Shown: piece after piece, positions 48,182 to 58,118 of the stretch
How the letters are laid out: each line of letters opens with the position of its first letter
Numbering within the stretch: position 1 is the first letter of the stretch
IMG/VR virus record: IMGVR_UViG_3300017642_000092
Source of the DNA: an uncultured virus (IMG/VR IMGVR_UViG_3300017642_000092)
Taxonomy: Duplodnaviria > Heunggongvirae > Uroviricota > Caudoviricetes
Strand: one strand, 5' to 3'
DNA: 64,000 nucleotides
Position numbers and translations under genes: made by a program
The notes under the pieces: model-generated
The model's input: the letters and a program-made list of their open reading frames with translations, nothing else
Database searches by the model: none
Told to the model about the DNA's origin: nothing

Positions 48182-48733
48182 TTATTTTCCTTTCCGCGCC
48201 GTCAGCAGACGCTCCATCAGATCGTCCTGCGGATTGTCACCGCTGTATCCGGCAGCGCAGTTTTCCTTTACGATCTGAAAAATCTCAGCCCAGTCTGCGC
48301 GGGTCTGGCACTTGAAGTTGTTTGCCATTGTCACATAGGGTGAGGCAATTGCGTTGCCGGTGGTCGGGTGCTTGGCAAGAAAGCCGTATTCCGTGATGGC
48401 CTCCTCACACTGAATCCAGCGGGCGGCGCTCATGGCGTACCGCTCGATGGTATCCGGAGGAACGAGGTGAGCACAGCCACGGTCGGAGAGCCACTGCCAG
48501 ACGGATTTGTAAATGTCCCCGGCGGGCAGTGCCTTGCCGTCCTTTTGAACCGCCGAGAGCATTTCTTTTGGCTCCGGCATATCCTGACCGCGCAAGTCCG
48601 GAGCATTTTTGAATTCCATAACGGTGAGCGGATGCTTGCCCGGATTGCCGTCCGCAATTTTATCTGCCAGCGGCTTCCGTTTCGCTCCGGCACCGGCTCT
48701 TACACCACCACGGTTTGTTCCGTCCTTGGCCAT
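48182..48733 (-). CDS. terS: Terminase small subunit (P27 family)
   Basis: NRGG.R.GAG.K and KHPTTG..IASP motifs. Follows the HNH gene. Confidence 0.85.
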   Translation of the reverse strand: MAKDGTNRGGVRAGAGAKRKPLADKIADGNPGKHPLTVMEFKNAPDLRGQDMPEPKEMLSAVQKDGKALPAGDIYKSVWQWLSDRGCAHLVPPDTIERYAMSAARWIQCEEAITEYGFLAKHPTTGNAIASPYVTMANNFKCQTRADWAEIFQIVKENCAAGYSGDNPQDDLMERLLTARKGK

Positions 48734-48897
48734 ACTGTGATTCCTCCTTCCGTGTAGGGGTCAATATGCCGTTTGATTCTGCGCACGAACGCATATGACC
48801 CCACGCCGCTGTCCTTAATATTTTGGTTTGAGGATTTAACCTTCCCCACCGGCAGCAGCGTCTGCATTTTGGTCTGTATCATAATGTGATACAGACC

Positions 48898-49260
48898 TCA
48901 ACGGTCGTGCCAGCGGTCGCCGGACTCCGCAGTGATACGGGAGTGACAGGTCTTGCACAGCGCCATAAGGTTGTCTTGGTAGCTGCTGCCACCCTTCGAG
49001 AGTGGAAGGATGTGGTGTACCTCCTCGGCGGGGACAATCAGTCCTTGCTTCTCACATTCCTCACAGAGCGGGTGCGCCTTGATGTAGCGGTCGCGGATAC
49101 GTTTCCATGCACGACCGTACCGTTTGTTTGAAGCGGGGTCGCGCTCGTATTTGTTATATTGTTTGTCCATGAGCTTCTGATGCTCGCCGCAGTATTGCTC
49201 ACTCACAGCAAGCCGACCGCAGCCGGGATAGGCACAGGGACGCTTTGGTTTGTAGGGCAT
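48898..49260 (-). CDS. HNH endonuclease (packaging-associated)
   Basis: HPLCEEC, EVHHILP and NLMALCKTCH motifs. Confidence 0.9.
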   Translation of the reverse strand: MPYKPKRPCAYPGCGRLAVSEQYCGEHQKLMDKQYNKYERDPASNKRYGRAWKRIRDRYIKAHPLCEECEKQGLIVPAEEVHHILPLSKGGSSYQDNLMALCKTCHSRITAESGDRWHDR

Positions 49261-49338
49261 CGTATCACCTCCTCGCAGGGTATAAAGAAAGCCCTGCGGG
49301 ATTACTCCCACAAGGCTCATCTTCATTCTGCTTTTCTG

Positions 49339-49389
49339 ATTATAATACTATCATAAGAGGCAGGTGTCTTTCAGTGTCTTTTTGTGTCC
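49339..49389 (-). promoter_or_regulatory. Late promoter with three GACAC repeats at 10-bp period (activator sites)
   Basis: GGACAC-AAAA-AGACAC-TGAA-AGACAC overlaps the activator gene's 3' end, followed by TATGAT/TATAAT. Confidence 0.7.
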
Positions 49390-49805
49390 ACTTCAGGTAA
49401 AGCAGGAATGATGCATTCCTCCAGCGCCCGAATGTGTAGCTTGTGCGTGTACCGCAGGTCGTAGCCCATGTCCACGGCAATCTTCTCCCACGAGAGGAAG
49501 CAGAGGTATCGCTTCTCCAAAAGCGTCTGGTGTTCCGGGTTTGCCACCGCTTTGATAACGCCCATGATTTCCTTCTTGAGGTCGACCAACGTGTCTATGT
49601 CACGGTTGATGTCGTTCTGCAGGTCGACGATTTTACAAACGGCATCTGCCATACGGGAGACGGAGCCGCTGGGATTACGGGGCATACCCGTCAGCACTGA
49701 TGTACAGGTTGTTGCCAGCTCATTCAGTGAATCAATCTGCTGGAGCTTTGATTTGATGCGCATATCCAGATAACGCGCCTGTGAAAGGTAGGTTTTAGTA
49801 TTCAT
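49371..49805 (-). CDS. ArpU/RinA-like (DUF1492) late transcriptional activator
   Basis: LLEKRYL..SWEKIAVDMGY..H.LH.RAL motif, located before HNH/terS. Confidence 0.82.
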   Translation of the reverse strand: MNTKTYLSQARYLDMRIKSKLQQIDSLNELATTCTSVLTGMPRNPSGSVSRMADAVCKIVDLQNDINRDIDTLVDLKKEIMGVIKAVANPEHQTLLEKRYLCFLSWEKIAVDMGYDLRYTHKLHIRALEECIIPALPEVDTKRH

Positions 49806-49992
49806 AGCGCACCTTCTCCTTTCTCAGCTTGGAGATCAGCATTTCAGGATTTATGCTTGTCAGAACGCCAAACCAACCGGAACGGAAGAAACGCTCGATG
49901 CTGGCGAGCTCCTGTTCATCGTCATGCAGCCGATAATCCTTGACGGCCTGCAGCACGATGGCATTTGCGAGATTTTCGTAAGGATCGTTCAT
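49795..49992 (-). CDS. Conserved phage hypothetical protein
   Basis: YENLANAIVLQAVKDY...ERFFRS.WF motif. Confidence 0.75.
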   Translation of the reverse strand: MNDPYENLANAIVLQAVKDYRLHDDEQELASIERFFRSGWFGVLTSINPEMLISKLRKEKVRYEY

Positions 49993-50050
49993 AATCTGTA
50001 CCTCCGAATTTTTGTAGTCCTCGGATTGGCACGGATTGTCGAAGTTTGTC

Positions 50051-51415
50051 TCAGATTTTCAGGTCTGCCTTCACAGCGGCGATTAGGGCGGACTGCGTAC
50101 GGTCCTTGGCGGAGAGCGCCTTCAGCATCCGGCTGTCAATGGTGCCTTTTGTGATGATGTGCTGCACCACAACGGTATCCGCAGTCTGACCCTGCCTCCA
50201 CAGGCGGGCGTTGGTCTGCTGGTAAAGCTCCAAAGACCAGGTCAGCCCAAACCAGACGATGCAGGAGCCGCCGCTTTGCAGGTTCAGCCCGTGACCGGCG
50301 GAGGCGGGGTGGATCAGCGCCACGGGCAATTCACCGCTGTTCCATCTGCGGATACTGTCGGCACTGTCCAATTTAGAAAATGGAACGTGGAGCTTTTGCA
50401 GCCGTTCGGTGATACGGGCAAGGTCATGCTTGAACCAGTATGCCACCAGAAGGGGTTTGCCGCCGGCAGCTTCGATGATATCCTCCAACGCATCCAATTT
50501 CCGGTCATGAAGATTGACTATGCCGCCGTCATCAGTGTAGATAGCGCCGTTTGCCATCTGGCAGAGCTTACCGGTGAGGGCGGCAGCGTTAGCGGCGGTA
50601 ATGTCGCCGTCCGGCAGCGCAAGCACCAGATCTTGCTTCAAAGCATCGTACCGTTTTTTCTCATCATCGGATAGATGAACGGCATATTCGCTGCTGATCA
50701 GCTCCGGCATTTGCAAAAGGTCAGTGGAACGCATGGAAATGGTGATATCGCTGATTTTATCATAGATGCGCTGTTCCGCTCCCGGCAAAGGCTTGTAGCT
50801 GAAGATGACCTGTCCATTGCGTTTATCCGGCTGGAAATATTCGAGCCGGTAGTGGCTGATGAACCGTCCCAGCCGAGCGCCCATATCCAACAGTCGGAAC
50901 TCCGCCCATAAATCCATAAGACCGTTGCTGCTGGGAGTGCCGGTCAGCCCGATGATGCGCTTGACCGTGGGGCGTACCTTCATGAGTGCCCGGAAGCGTT
51001 TGGCCTGATAATTCTTGAAGGAGGACAGCTCATCCACCACCACGGTATCGTAGTTGAACGGCAGTCTGCTGTCCTCAATGAGCCACTGGACGTTCTCACG
51101 GTTGATGATGTAAATGTCGGCGGGCTTCATCAGTGCCGACCGACGTTCCGCTTCGGTGCCGACGGCCACGGAGCAGATGAGGCTCTGCAGGTGATCCCAC
51201 TTATCCGCTTCAGCCGTCCATGTATCCCGTGCTACTCGCAGCGGGGCAATGACCAGAATGCGGTGCGCTTCAAAGCTGTCAAATAGCAGGTCGTTCAGCG
51301 CCGTCAGCGTTATAGAAGTTTTGCCAAGTCCCATATCAAGCAGCACGGCGGAGATGGGGTGCTCATCAATGTAGCGGGTAGCATATTTTTGATATTTATG
51401 TGGTTTGTATTGCAA
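50051..51415 (-). CDS. SNF2-family helicase
   Basis: DMGLGKT, DELS, LTGTP, SAGHGLNLQ and Q..ARLWRQGQ motifs. Confidence 0.92.
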   Translation of the reverse strand: MQYKPHKYQKYATRYIDEHPISAVLLDMGLGKTSITLTALNDLLFDSFEAHRILVIAPLRVARDTWTAEADKWDHLQSLICSVAVGTEAERRSALMKPADIYIINRENVQWLIEDSRLPFNYDTVVVDELSSFKNYQAKRFRALMKVRPTVKRIIGLTGTPSSNGLMDLWAEFRLLDMGARLGRFISHYRLEYFQPDKRNGQVIFSYKPLPGAEQRIYDKISDITISMRSTDLLQMPELISSEYAVHLSDDEKKRYDALKQDLVLALPDGDITAANAAALTGKLCQMANGAIYTDDGGIVNLHDRKLDALEDIIEAAGGKPLLVAYWFKHDLARITERLQKLHVPFSKLDSADSIRRWNSGELPVALIHPASAGHGLNLQSGGSCIVWFGLTWSLELYQQTNARLWRQGQTADTVVVQHIITKGTIDSRMLKALSAKDRTQSALIAAVKADLKI

Positions 51416-51677
51416 CAAGAATCCCTCCAATCTGCTGTTCATCATCAAGGACAAACACCTTGAAGCCAAGCCGTCGAAGCAGCCCATGCCTTGCAAGCTG
51501 CAATGGGCGCGGTTTGCAGCCCATCGACTTGACTTCTACGAAGCCGATATGACCTCCCGGTAAGAGCACGATACGATCAGGCATTCCGTCAAATCCGGGG
51601 CTTACGAATTTGGGGCAGATACCGCTCATATTTTTCACTGCAGTCACCAGCTTTTGTTCAATTACTTTTTCTCTCAT
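51396..51677 (-). CDS. VRR-NUC domain nuclease
   Basis: GMPDRIV, FVEVK and RPLQ motifs. Confidence 0.9.
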   Translation of the reverse strand: MREKVIEQKLVTAVKNMSGICPKFVSPGFDGMPDRIVLLPGGHIGFVEVKSMGCKPRPLQLARHGLLRRLGFKVFVLDDEQQIGGILVAIQTT

Positions 51678-51693
51678 GATCGTTACCTCCTAT

Positions 51694-51903
51694 TGGACAG
51701 GTGGTCAGATTTTCCTATACGCGCGCAAATACATACGGACGAGACACCTATTTCCATTTAATTTCACCTGTTTTTGTACTATATAGAAATAACTGTCCAT
51801 CTGTCCGAAGTTGCTCCTTTTTGCCTTGTTCTATAGGGCTTTTTGAATGGACAGGATTTAGGCATGGGACAGGTTGCCAGTCCTGTCCCAACGACCTGTC
51901 CAC
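51694..51903. repeat. GGACAG/CTGTCC iteron cluster with an AT-rich centre; candidate replication origin
   Basis: Copies near 51694, 51793, 51800, 51849, 51867, 51883 and 51896, in both orientations, just after the primase-helicase gene. Confidence 0.6.
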
Positions 51904-51911
51904 ATTTATCC

Positions 51912-54224
51912 TTAATCCCGTCTGTACAAACGCTGCCTTCCATAGATGGGCTGCGTTTCCCGGTCATCGCTTCTCTTCCAACCATCGATACGCAGCATAA
52001 TCGCCGCTATCGCATAAGAATCGGAGGGCTTGATGTCCTCTTTGCGCTTGCCGAAGCATTCGCACCAGATTTCCAAATTGCTGACGCTGTCTCGCCGCAC
52101 GGTGCCTTTCGGCTGAGTGGGTCCGTCCGGGTCACGGATATATTCCTGTCTGGCATACACATCCAAGGCGACCCAGTTTTCCGGCAGCGGCAAATTGAGA
52201 TACGCACTGACCAGACCCTCCCGGTCATCCTGCTCCATAGCGGCAGACTGTTCCGACTGCGACAAGGCCTCCAGATCAGAATCCAGATACAGCTTTTCAC
52301 CACGCTCCACAAGTACCAGCGCCTCCGCCCAAATTTGCTGCACATCCTCCTTGGCAAGCTGCCACGGTTTCAGCCTGCCGGTGCCGGGCGTTTTCACCGT
52401 CCAGAAGCGGCGGTTGCCGGTAATATCCCGGAGATAGCCATTCTGGGAATTGGTCGTGCCAAAGAAGATGCACTGTCTTGGATGGGGCGTGACCCGGCGG
52501 CCGAAGGAAGCGCGGTACTTGTCGTCCTGCCGGGAGATGAACGCTTTCACCTTGTCGATGTCCGCCTTCTTCATGCCCGCCAACTCGCCAATCTCCAATA
52601 CCCAGTACCCTTGCAGCTTTTCGGCGGCGGTCTTGTCGTTCATATCTGTCAGGGATACGCTGTCGGAGTACCATTCGCCGCCAATTTTTGCAATTAGCGT
52701 GGACTTGCCAATACCCTGTGGACCGTTCAAAACCGGAATGTAGTCGAACTTGACGCCGGGATGCTGCACCCGGGCAACCGCTCCGCACAGAGTTTTGCGG
52801 GTGACGGCGCGTGTATATGCGTTGTCGTCGGCGCCAAGGTAATCGATCAGCAGTGTTTCAGCGCGCGGCACACCGTCCCAAGGCGGCAGTGAGGCGAGAT
52901 ATTCCCGGATGGGGTGATAGGAACGATCGTCCACCACCTTGGAAACGCCAATCTGGTAGTTCCGTGCGGAGAAAGTGCCGTAGTTGGCGTCCACATAGCA
53001 GATGAGCTGCGCATCATCGGCATCCCGCCAGAACCGCGCCGGGTGTTGCCATGGCACGGTGCCTTTGATCTCCATCCCATCCGCGAGTTGGTTGAAACAG
53101 ATGGCTTTCAGGTTTTCATCATTTTCCAGAATGAGCGTGATGTTGTGCAGGCTGTTCTGGATCTGACCGTTGCGGTCACGCTGCAGGCCCTTCGCCCAAT
53201 CGTCAAACTCCGCCGCTGCTGACGCCTGCTTTTCTTGCAGCAATAGGGCGCTGACCTGTTCATCCCTGACCGCAAACTCTGCCATGGCGGCGAAGGACTT
53301 TTTCTCATCCTCATCGCCAAATTTATGGATACGCACAAGGTCGAAAGCGTTCAGCAGCTTGCCACAGGCGGGGTCGGTGGCATGGTGGCTGTAGGCGAAT
53401 TTGTCATCGTAGATCACGACACCGGCGGTGCTCTCGCCGGGAAGGTAGTCATAGCGGTCTTCGGTAACGGACGGAGCATATACATCCGAAAGAAACTTGT
53501 CAATTGCCGCAGTGACACTGTAAGTACGGCAGAACGCCCCTACAACACCAGACTTACCGAGTGGGTCCTCCTGTGGCTTCTGGCTCGGCTTGCTGACCTT
53601 ACTTTCCCGCGAGGTAGTAGGCAGCAACGAGCAGTCCTGCCAATGCGGATGCGCTGCCATGATTGCGTCCGGGTTGAGAAGCTCGCCTTCAAAAAACTCG
53701 CAGAGGTAGTCGCCGTTTGACGGGCAGGTGGGCCAGTACATGAGCTGATTGGGGACGAAGGAACACTCATCAAACATATCGATGCCGAGCTCCGCCGCCA
53801 TGAAGCGGGAGATTGCCACGAACTCGTCTGCGGAAACATCTCGCACAAACGGTGCAACAATGCGGAGCCTTGGCGATTCCGGCGTATGACTGTGCGTAGA
53901 ATACACCGCACACTTGAAGGCCAATTTTTCCTTAAGCGCGGCAATGAACTCCGGCGTCGCGTTATCAACGTCAGGCGTCCACAGCGAACGGCAGGAGACA
54001 TTTCCTACCTTGCGAAGGTTGTCCCGCAGATGTCCGCCTACGAAGCCGCCTTTGTCCTTTATCTCATCGCGCTTGGGCTTTGGCAGTTTGGCATATTCCT
54101 CTGCAGTTTCCGTCGTGCGTATCGGCGTTTTCAGCCGGTCGCATATATCATCGAAGGACATGGTCTTATTTGACCAGAACTTCGCCTGTCGGGAATTGCC
54201 GAGGGCGATCTTCAATTCACGCAT
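51912..54224 (-). CDS. Primase-helicase, virulence-associated E (VapE) family
   Basis: GGFVGG, YSTHSH..PRLR, GPQGIGKS, EIGEL and GTTN..YLRD.TGNRRF motifs. Confidence 0.9.
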   Translation of the reverse strand: MRELKIALGNSRQAKFWSNKTMSFDDICDRLKTPIRTTETAEEYAKLPKPKRDEIKDKGGFVGGHLRDNLRKVGNVSCRSLWTPDVDNATPEFIAALKEKLAFKCAVYSTHSHTPESPRLRIVAPFVRDVSADEFVAISRFMAAELGIDMFDECSFVPNQLMYWPTCPSNGDYLCEFFEGELLNPDAIMAAHPHWQDCSLLPTTSRESKVSKPSQKPQEDPLGKSGVVGAFCRTYSVTAAIDKFLSDVYAPSVTEDRYDYLPGESTAGVVIYDDKFAYSHHATDPACGKLLNAFDLVRIHKFGDEDEKKSFAAMAEFAVRDEQVSALLLQEKQASAAAEFDDWAKGLQRDRNGQIQNSLHNITLILENDENLKAICFNQLADGMEIKGTVPWQHPARFWRDADDAQLICYVDANYGTFSARNYQIGVSKVVDDRSYHPIREYLASLPPWDGVPRAETLLIDYLGADDNAYTRAVTRKTLCGAVARVQHPGVKFDYIPVLNGPQGIGKSTLIAKIGGEWYSDSVSLTDMNDKTAAEKLQGYWVLEIGELAGMKKADIDKVKAFISRQDDKYRASFGRRVTPHPRQCIFFGTTNSQNGYLRDITGNRRFWTVKTPGTGRLKPWQLAKEDVQQIWAEALVLVERGEKLYLDSDLEALSQSEQSAAMEQDDREGLVSAYLNLPLPENWVALDVYARQEYIRDPDGPTQPKGTVRRDSVSNLEIWCECFGKRKEDIKPSDSYAIAAIMLRIDGWKRSDDRETQPIYGRQRLYRRD

Positions 54225-54834
54225 AATAGCCATTCCTCCTGACTCTTGGATGTTCGCCATGTTCAAATCGCGCCTGCCGTGCCATCTTAAAAGCCCACAA
54301 AGTCGCTGCATCATCACGATCGTAGGTGTAACTGCCGTCATCGCCGAACAATTCAAACTTACCCTTTTTGTTTATGCCGGGATGAGCCACAAAGTAATCG
54401 CCATCGATTGTTTCAAAGTTAAAGGGATACGGTCCGCCAGCAACTTCAGGAAAGCCACTATAGCCCAAATCTTGACAGCAATCTTCTATATCCCTTATAT
54501 CATCACCATCTGGAATTCCGGCGACAACGAGAATGGGATTCTTGATCTCATGATCCTCTATGTCTCTGATTCCGCTGAACTGGTAAATCTTATTGGCGTC
54601 TGCGGCGGTCATTTTCCCTTTGACCTCAACATACAGATCTTCCGGGCTTCTTCCAGCACAGCCATGAAGCAGAAAATCTGGCAGATAGCACTGGCCGTTC
54701 GGAAGTTCAAACCCTTCCGGCTCATATTCCCATTTCACTCCGCAGGCATCAAAGAAAACTGCCCACCGTGCCTCCAGCCTTGAACGGAAGCGGTAACCCT
54801 TATACTCCGTTGGTATTGCTGTAATCTTGTTCAT
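54217..54834 (-). CDS. PD-(D/E)XK-like nuclease-fold protein
   Basis: FRSRLEARWA, YEPEGF, YLPDF and VEVKG motifs. Confidence 0.7.
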   Translation of the reverse strand: MNKITAIPTEYKGYRFRSRLEARWAVFFDACGVKWEYEPEGFELPNGQCYLPDFLLHGCAGRSPEDLYVEVKGKMTAADANKIYQFSGIRDIEDHEIKNPILVVAGIPDGDDIRDIEDCCQDLGYSGFPEVAGGPYPFNFETIDGDYFVAHPGINKKGKFELFGDDGSYTYDRDDAATLWAFKMARQARFEHGEHPRVRRNGYYA

Positions 54835-55255
54835 TTTTTACCTCCTCACAGTTTTCGTTAAAGTAGCGCAAGCGGTAGTCCTTCCACTTGGCGCGTTTGA
54901 TTTCTGCCTCCATGCCAGCTGAGATGCTGCTGCCGAACACCCAGACCTCGGCGCATTTGCTCATAAGGGCGTTACCGAAGAACAGCCCGAGCCGGCGCTC
55001 TTTCGGGTTGTTGTCATCAAGGAACTGCGGAAACAGCAGGTGCGGGGCGACGGGTATGTAGCCCTTGTCTACAGCACAACGGCTGTAGCGTTGCGCCGCA
55101 GCGATGTTGCCTTCCACATCTCCTGAAAACGGAGAGCAGATATACACGATAGGCCGGAATGCACGAAGCGCACGTTCCTCTTTTTCAATCATGGTCATAG
55201 CTTCATAGGCGGTAGGGTCAAAGTAGCCCTCACTGTTGAATTTACATATACTCAT
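54800..55255 (-). CDS. DUF4406-like (nucleoside deoxyribosyltransferase-fold) protein
   Basis: VYICSPF.G, APHL.FPQF and C.EVWVFG..IS.GM..EI motifs. Confidence 0.7.
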   Translation of the reverse strand: MSICKFNSEGYFDPTAYEAMTMIEKEERALRAFRPIVYICSPFSGDVEGNIAAAQRYSRCAVDKGYIPVAPHLLFPQFLDDNNPKERRLGLFFGNALMSKCAEVWVFGSSISAGMEAEIKRAKWKDYRLRYFNENCEEVKNEQDYSNTNGV

Positions 55256-55293
55256 GGGAACACTCCTTTCACGGCGGGCTTTCCGTCCACCTC

Positions 55294-55330
55294 TACTTTC
55301 CATTGGAGATGAAGACCCGTATTTGACGAA
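55294..55330 (-). promoter_or_regulatory. 37-bp repeated motif copy 2 (putative element-sigma promoter)
   Basis: TTCGTCAAAT-N8-TCATCTCCAATGGAAAGTA, with the same spacing as the other copies. Confidence 0.65.
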
Positions 55331-55336
55331 CGCCCC

Positions 55337-57277
55337 TCAATCTTTTTTATAAAAATCCGTCTTATAACCGTCAGCACGGAGGATCAGGCCCTCTGCCCAC
55401 GGTGGCGTTCGACCCATCTGCTCACAAACCGCTGCAAGCGACATACGCGGGTCGGCTTCGATTACAAGCTCATCGTGTATATGCATGACGACGGAGTAAC
55501 AGCGGAGCGTCCGCATGGTGTAGCAGAGAATATCTCGTGCGGTGGCCTGAACGATGTTCTCCACGAACTTCGGGCCATAGGAGTCGAGGCGTTCCCACTT
55601 TTTTGTGCCACCGACACCTTCGTAGGTAATGCAGTTGCCGCCGAATTTGTTTTCACCGATGCGTGGCTTCACATAGGCGAGGCGTCTGCCGGACGGGAGT
55701 GTAATGAACAGGAAGCCGCTCTGATAGGCGAAGCGAATGCCATGCGTTACAGCCGTTGTTTTCTCCCTGACCGCCGTCATTGCAGCACGGTCAACATCCC
55801 ACCAGAATTGCACAATATGCGGGTTCGATTGTCGCCACGCGGTGACCAACGGCGGAAGCTCATCTTCAGTTAAGCCCATATCAAGAGCGCCCATTGCCTT
55901 GAGAGCACCGACCGATCCGCCGTAACCGAGCGCGAGCTCTGCGATTTTGCCTTTCTGCCGCAGGTGACTGTTGATACCATGTTTCTCGACCGGCACCTTG
56001 AACATCTGTGACGCGGAAGCGCAGTAAATATCGCCGCCATTCTTGAACACCTCGGTGCGCCAATCCTCACCGGCAAGCCACGCGATCACGCGAGCTTCAA
56101 TGGCACTGAAGTCGCTTACAATGAACTTTGCACCGGCTCCTGGCACGAAGGCTGTGCGGATAAGCTGGGAAAGCGTGTCAGGCACATCCTCGTAGAGCAT
56201 TTCAAGAGCGCCAAAGTCTCCGCCGCGCACAAGAGCGCGGGCTTCCGCCAAATCCTCCAGGTGGTTCTGGGGCAGGTTCTGCATCTGGATTAGCCGACCT
56301 GCCCATCGCCCCGTACGATTTGCGCCGTAGAACTGAAACATTCCACGGGCGCGGCCATCGGCGCAGACAGCATTCTCCATCGCCTGATACTTTTTCACTG
56401 ACGATTTTGCAAGCTGTTGCCGAAGTGATAACACATCGGCAAGCTCCGGCGGCGCTGTTTTGAGCAGTTCTGCAACAGTCTTTTTGCCGAGTGTGTCCGT
56501 TTCCAGACCGTTGTCGGCAAGCCACTGTTTCATCTGCTGCACCGAGTTCGGATTATCCAGTTCGGTGAGCTGCTTCATCGCCGCTGTAAGCTCGGATCGG
56601 GAGCGCCCGTCAATGGCGATAGCTTCCCGCACAAGCATCATATCCAGCGCCACGCCTCTGTCGTTTATTTCTTGGTCGAGCTGATATTCGTCCCATACGA
56701 ACTCCGGCACTGGGAACTTGGAGAGCTTCGCCTGTATGGACATTTCCGTTTCCACATCACGCACGTTATACTTTTTGAACGCTGACCACTTGTCCGGCGC
56801 GTGATACGGATAATTGCGGGTGCGTTCACCATTGGCTTTTGTCGGTGTGCAGGGCTGGCAGAAGTATTTGATGAGGTCCTTGCCCTCGGTCAGCTTCTGC
56901 TTATCCAGCTTGAGCACCGCGCCGACACCCTCCAGCGACAGCGGCAAACCCATCGTCGCCGCCCAGACCATGGAGCACCGCCACGAAACCGGATCGATAT
57001 ATTCGCCGGTCGGTAGGCCAATAAAGCGAGAGAGACAAATCCTCTCGAAACTGGCGTTGAACGCCCACTTGGTCACAGCCACATTGGTAAGCGCTGCGAT
57101 GATGTCGGCGGGTAGCGTCTCGCCGCAGGCAAGGTCAACCACCTGCACAGCGCTACCGTCTACGGAATAGCCAAACAGCAATATTTCAAAATCCGGCGCT
57201 TCGACATAGCGGTACACGCCAGACTTGGGCAGGCTCACGCTGGAAAAAGTCTCAATATCTATGCTGAGTGTTTTCAT
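55337..57277 (-). CDS. Phage family A DNA polymerase with 3'-5' exonuclease
   Basis: DIET exonuclease motif, DFSAIEARV (A), KIAELALGYG (B) and HIHDE (C). Confidence 0.93.
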   Translation of the reverse strand: MKTLSIDIETFSSVSLPKSGVYRYVEAPDFEILLFGYSVDGSAVQVVDLACGETLPADIIAALTNVAVTKWAFNASFERICLSRFIGLPTGEYIDPVSWRCSMVWAATMGLPLSLEGVGAVLKLDKQKLTEGKDLIKYFCQPCTPTKANGERTRNYPYHAPDKWSAFKKYNVRDVETEMSIQAKLSKFPVPEFVWDEYQLDQEINDRGVALDMMLVREAIAIDGRSRSELTAAMKQLTELDNPNSVQQMKQWLADNGLETDTLGKKTVAELLKTAPPELADVLSLRQQLAKSSVKKYQAMENAVCADGRARGMFQFYGANRTGRWAGRLIQMQNLPQNHLEDLAEARALVRGGDFGALEMLYEDVPDTLSQLIRTAFVPGAGAKFIVSDFSAIEARVIAWLAGEDWRTEVFKNGGDIYCASASQMFKVPVEKHGINSHLRQKGKIAELALGYGGSVGALKAMGALDMGLTEDELPPLVTAWRQSNPHIVQFWWDVDRAAMTAVREKTTAVTHGIRFAYQSGFLFITLPSGRRLAYVKPRIGENKFGGNCITYEGVGGTKKWERLDSYGPKFVENIVQATARDILCYTMRTLRCYSVVMHIHDELVIEADPRMSLAAVCEQMGRTPPWAEGLILRADGYKTDFYKKD

Positions 57278-57339
57278 AATCAACCGTCCTTAATGAGAAC
57301 AAGGCGGCAAAGAAATCTCTGCCGCCTGTCCCTGTAGCT

Positions 57340-57522
57340 TTACTTGAATTCCTTCATGCGCTGCTCGTGGTATTCGAGGTCACGAGCGGCCTGTGCTTTT
57401 TCACGCTTTTCGCGTTTGCGGTCATACGCCGCGCCCTGAATCGCGGTGATAAGGAACACAACGCTGAAGCAGAGCCAGATGGCGATGAGAGCGGTCACTA
57501 AGATGGTCTGTAAAGATGTCAT
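57340..57522 (-). CDS. Small single-pass membrane protein
   Basis: TM helix plus charged tail, GAAAGGT RBS, and a counterpart at 1..84. Confidence 0.7.
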   Translation of the reverse strand: MTSLQTILVTALIAIWLCFSVVFLITAIQGAAYDRKREKREKAQAARDLEYHEQRMKEFK

Positions 57523-57542
57523 AGATTTTCACCTTTCCTTTC

Positions 57543-58118
57543 TCAGTTCAAGAACTCGTCGTCATCATCGGTGGCGAAGTCGGACTCGGCCGATGCCTTG
57601 CCGCCGAGAGGCTCACCATCGCGGAGCTTCTGCAGGTTGTTGAGGCCACAGGCGATGCCCTTGTTGCCGTTGCTGTTAAATGCGTAGAAGCTGATGCTGG
57701 CGCGGCCATACACACCGGAGTAAACTTCGGAGCGGGTCAGGACGGGATTGCGGTCGGCATCCACGATGCCGGGAGCCGTGGTCGCGTTGGCGTTGATGAA
57801 GTAAGCGTTCGCGTAAGCCTCATCATCGGGACGTTCTGTATCACCATCGCGCAGGGGCGTTTTAAGTGCGGCCATCGGAGGCACGGACTTGCCATTGCCC
57901 TTGAGCTTGGCCTCGCCTTCGTGGTAAGCCGCCTCAATCGCTGCTTTGATCTTGGCGACCGTCTTGGTGTCGGACTTCGGAATGATGAGGCTGACCGAGA
58001 ACTTCGGCGTGCCGCCGTTGATGGACTTGGCCTCCCAGACGTTGGCGTAAGACCAGCGGGTGTCGGGACCAGTGATGACCTTCATCGGGTTGTTTACCTT
58101 ATTTGTGCTGTTATTCAT
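57543..58118 (-). CDS. DUF2815 family ssDNA-binding protein
   Basis: Same motifs as 99..674. Confidence 0.9.
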   Translation of the reverse strand: MNNSTNKVNNPMKVITGPDTRWSYANVWEAKSINGGTPKFSVSLIIPKSDTKTVAKIKAAIEAAYHEGEAKLKGNGKSVPPMAALKTPLRDGDTERPDDEAYANAYFINANATTAPGIVDADRNPVLTRSEVYSGVYGRASISFYAFNSNGNKGIACGLNNLQKLRDGEPLGGKASAESDFATDDDDEFLN

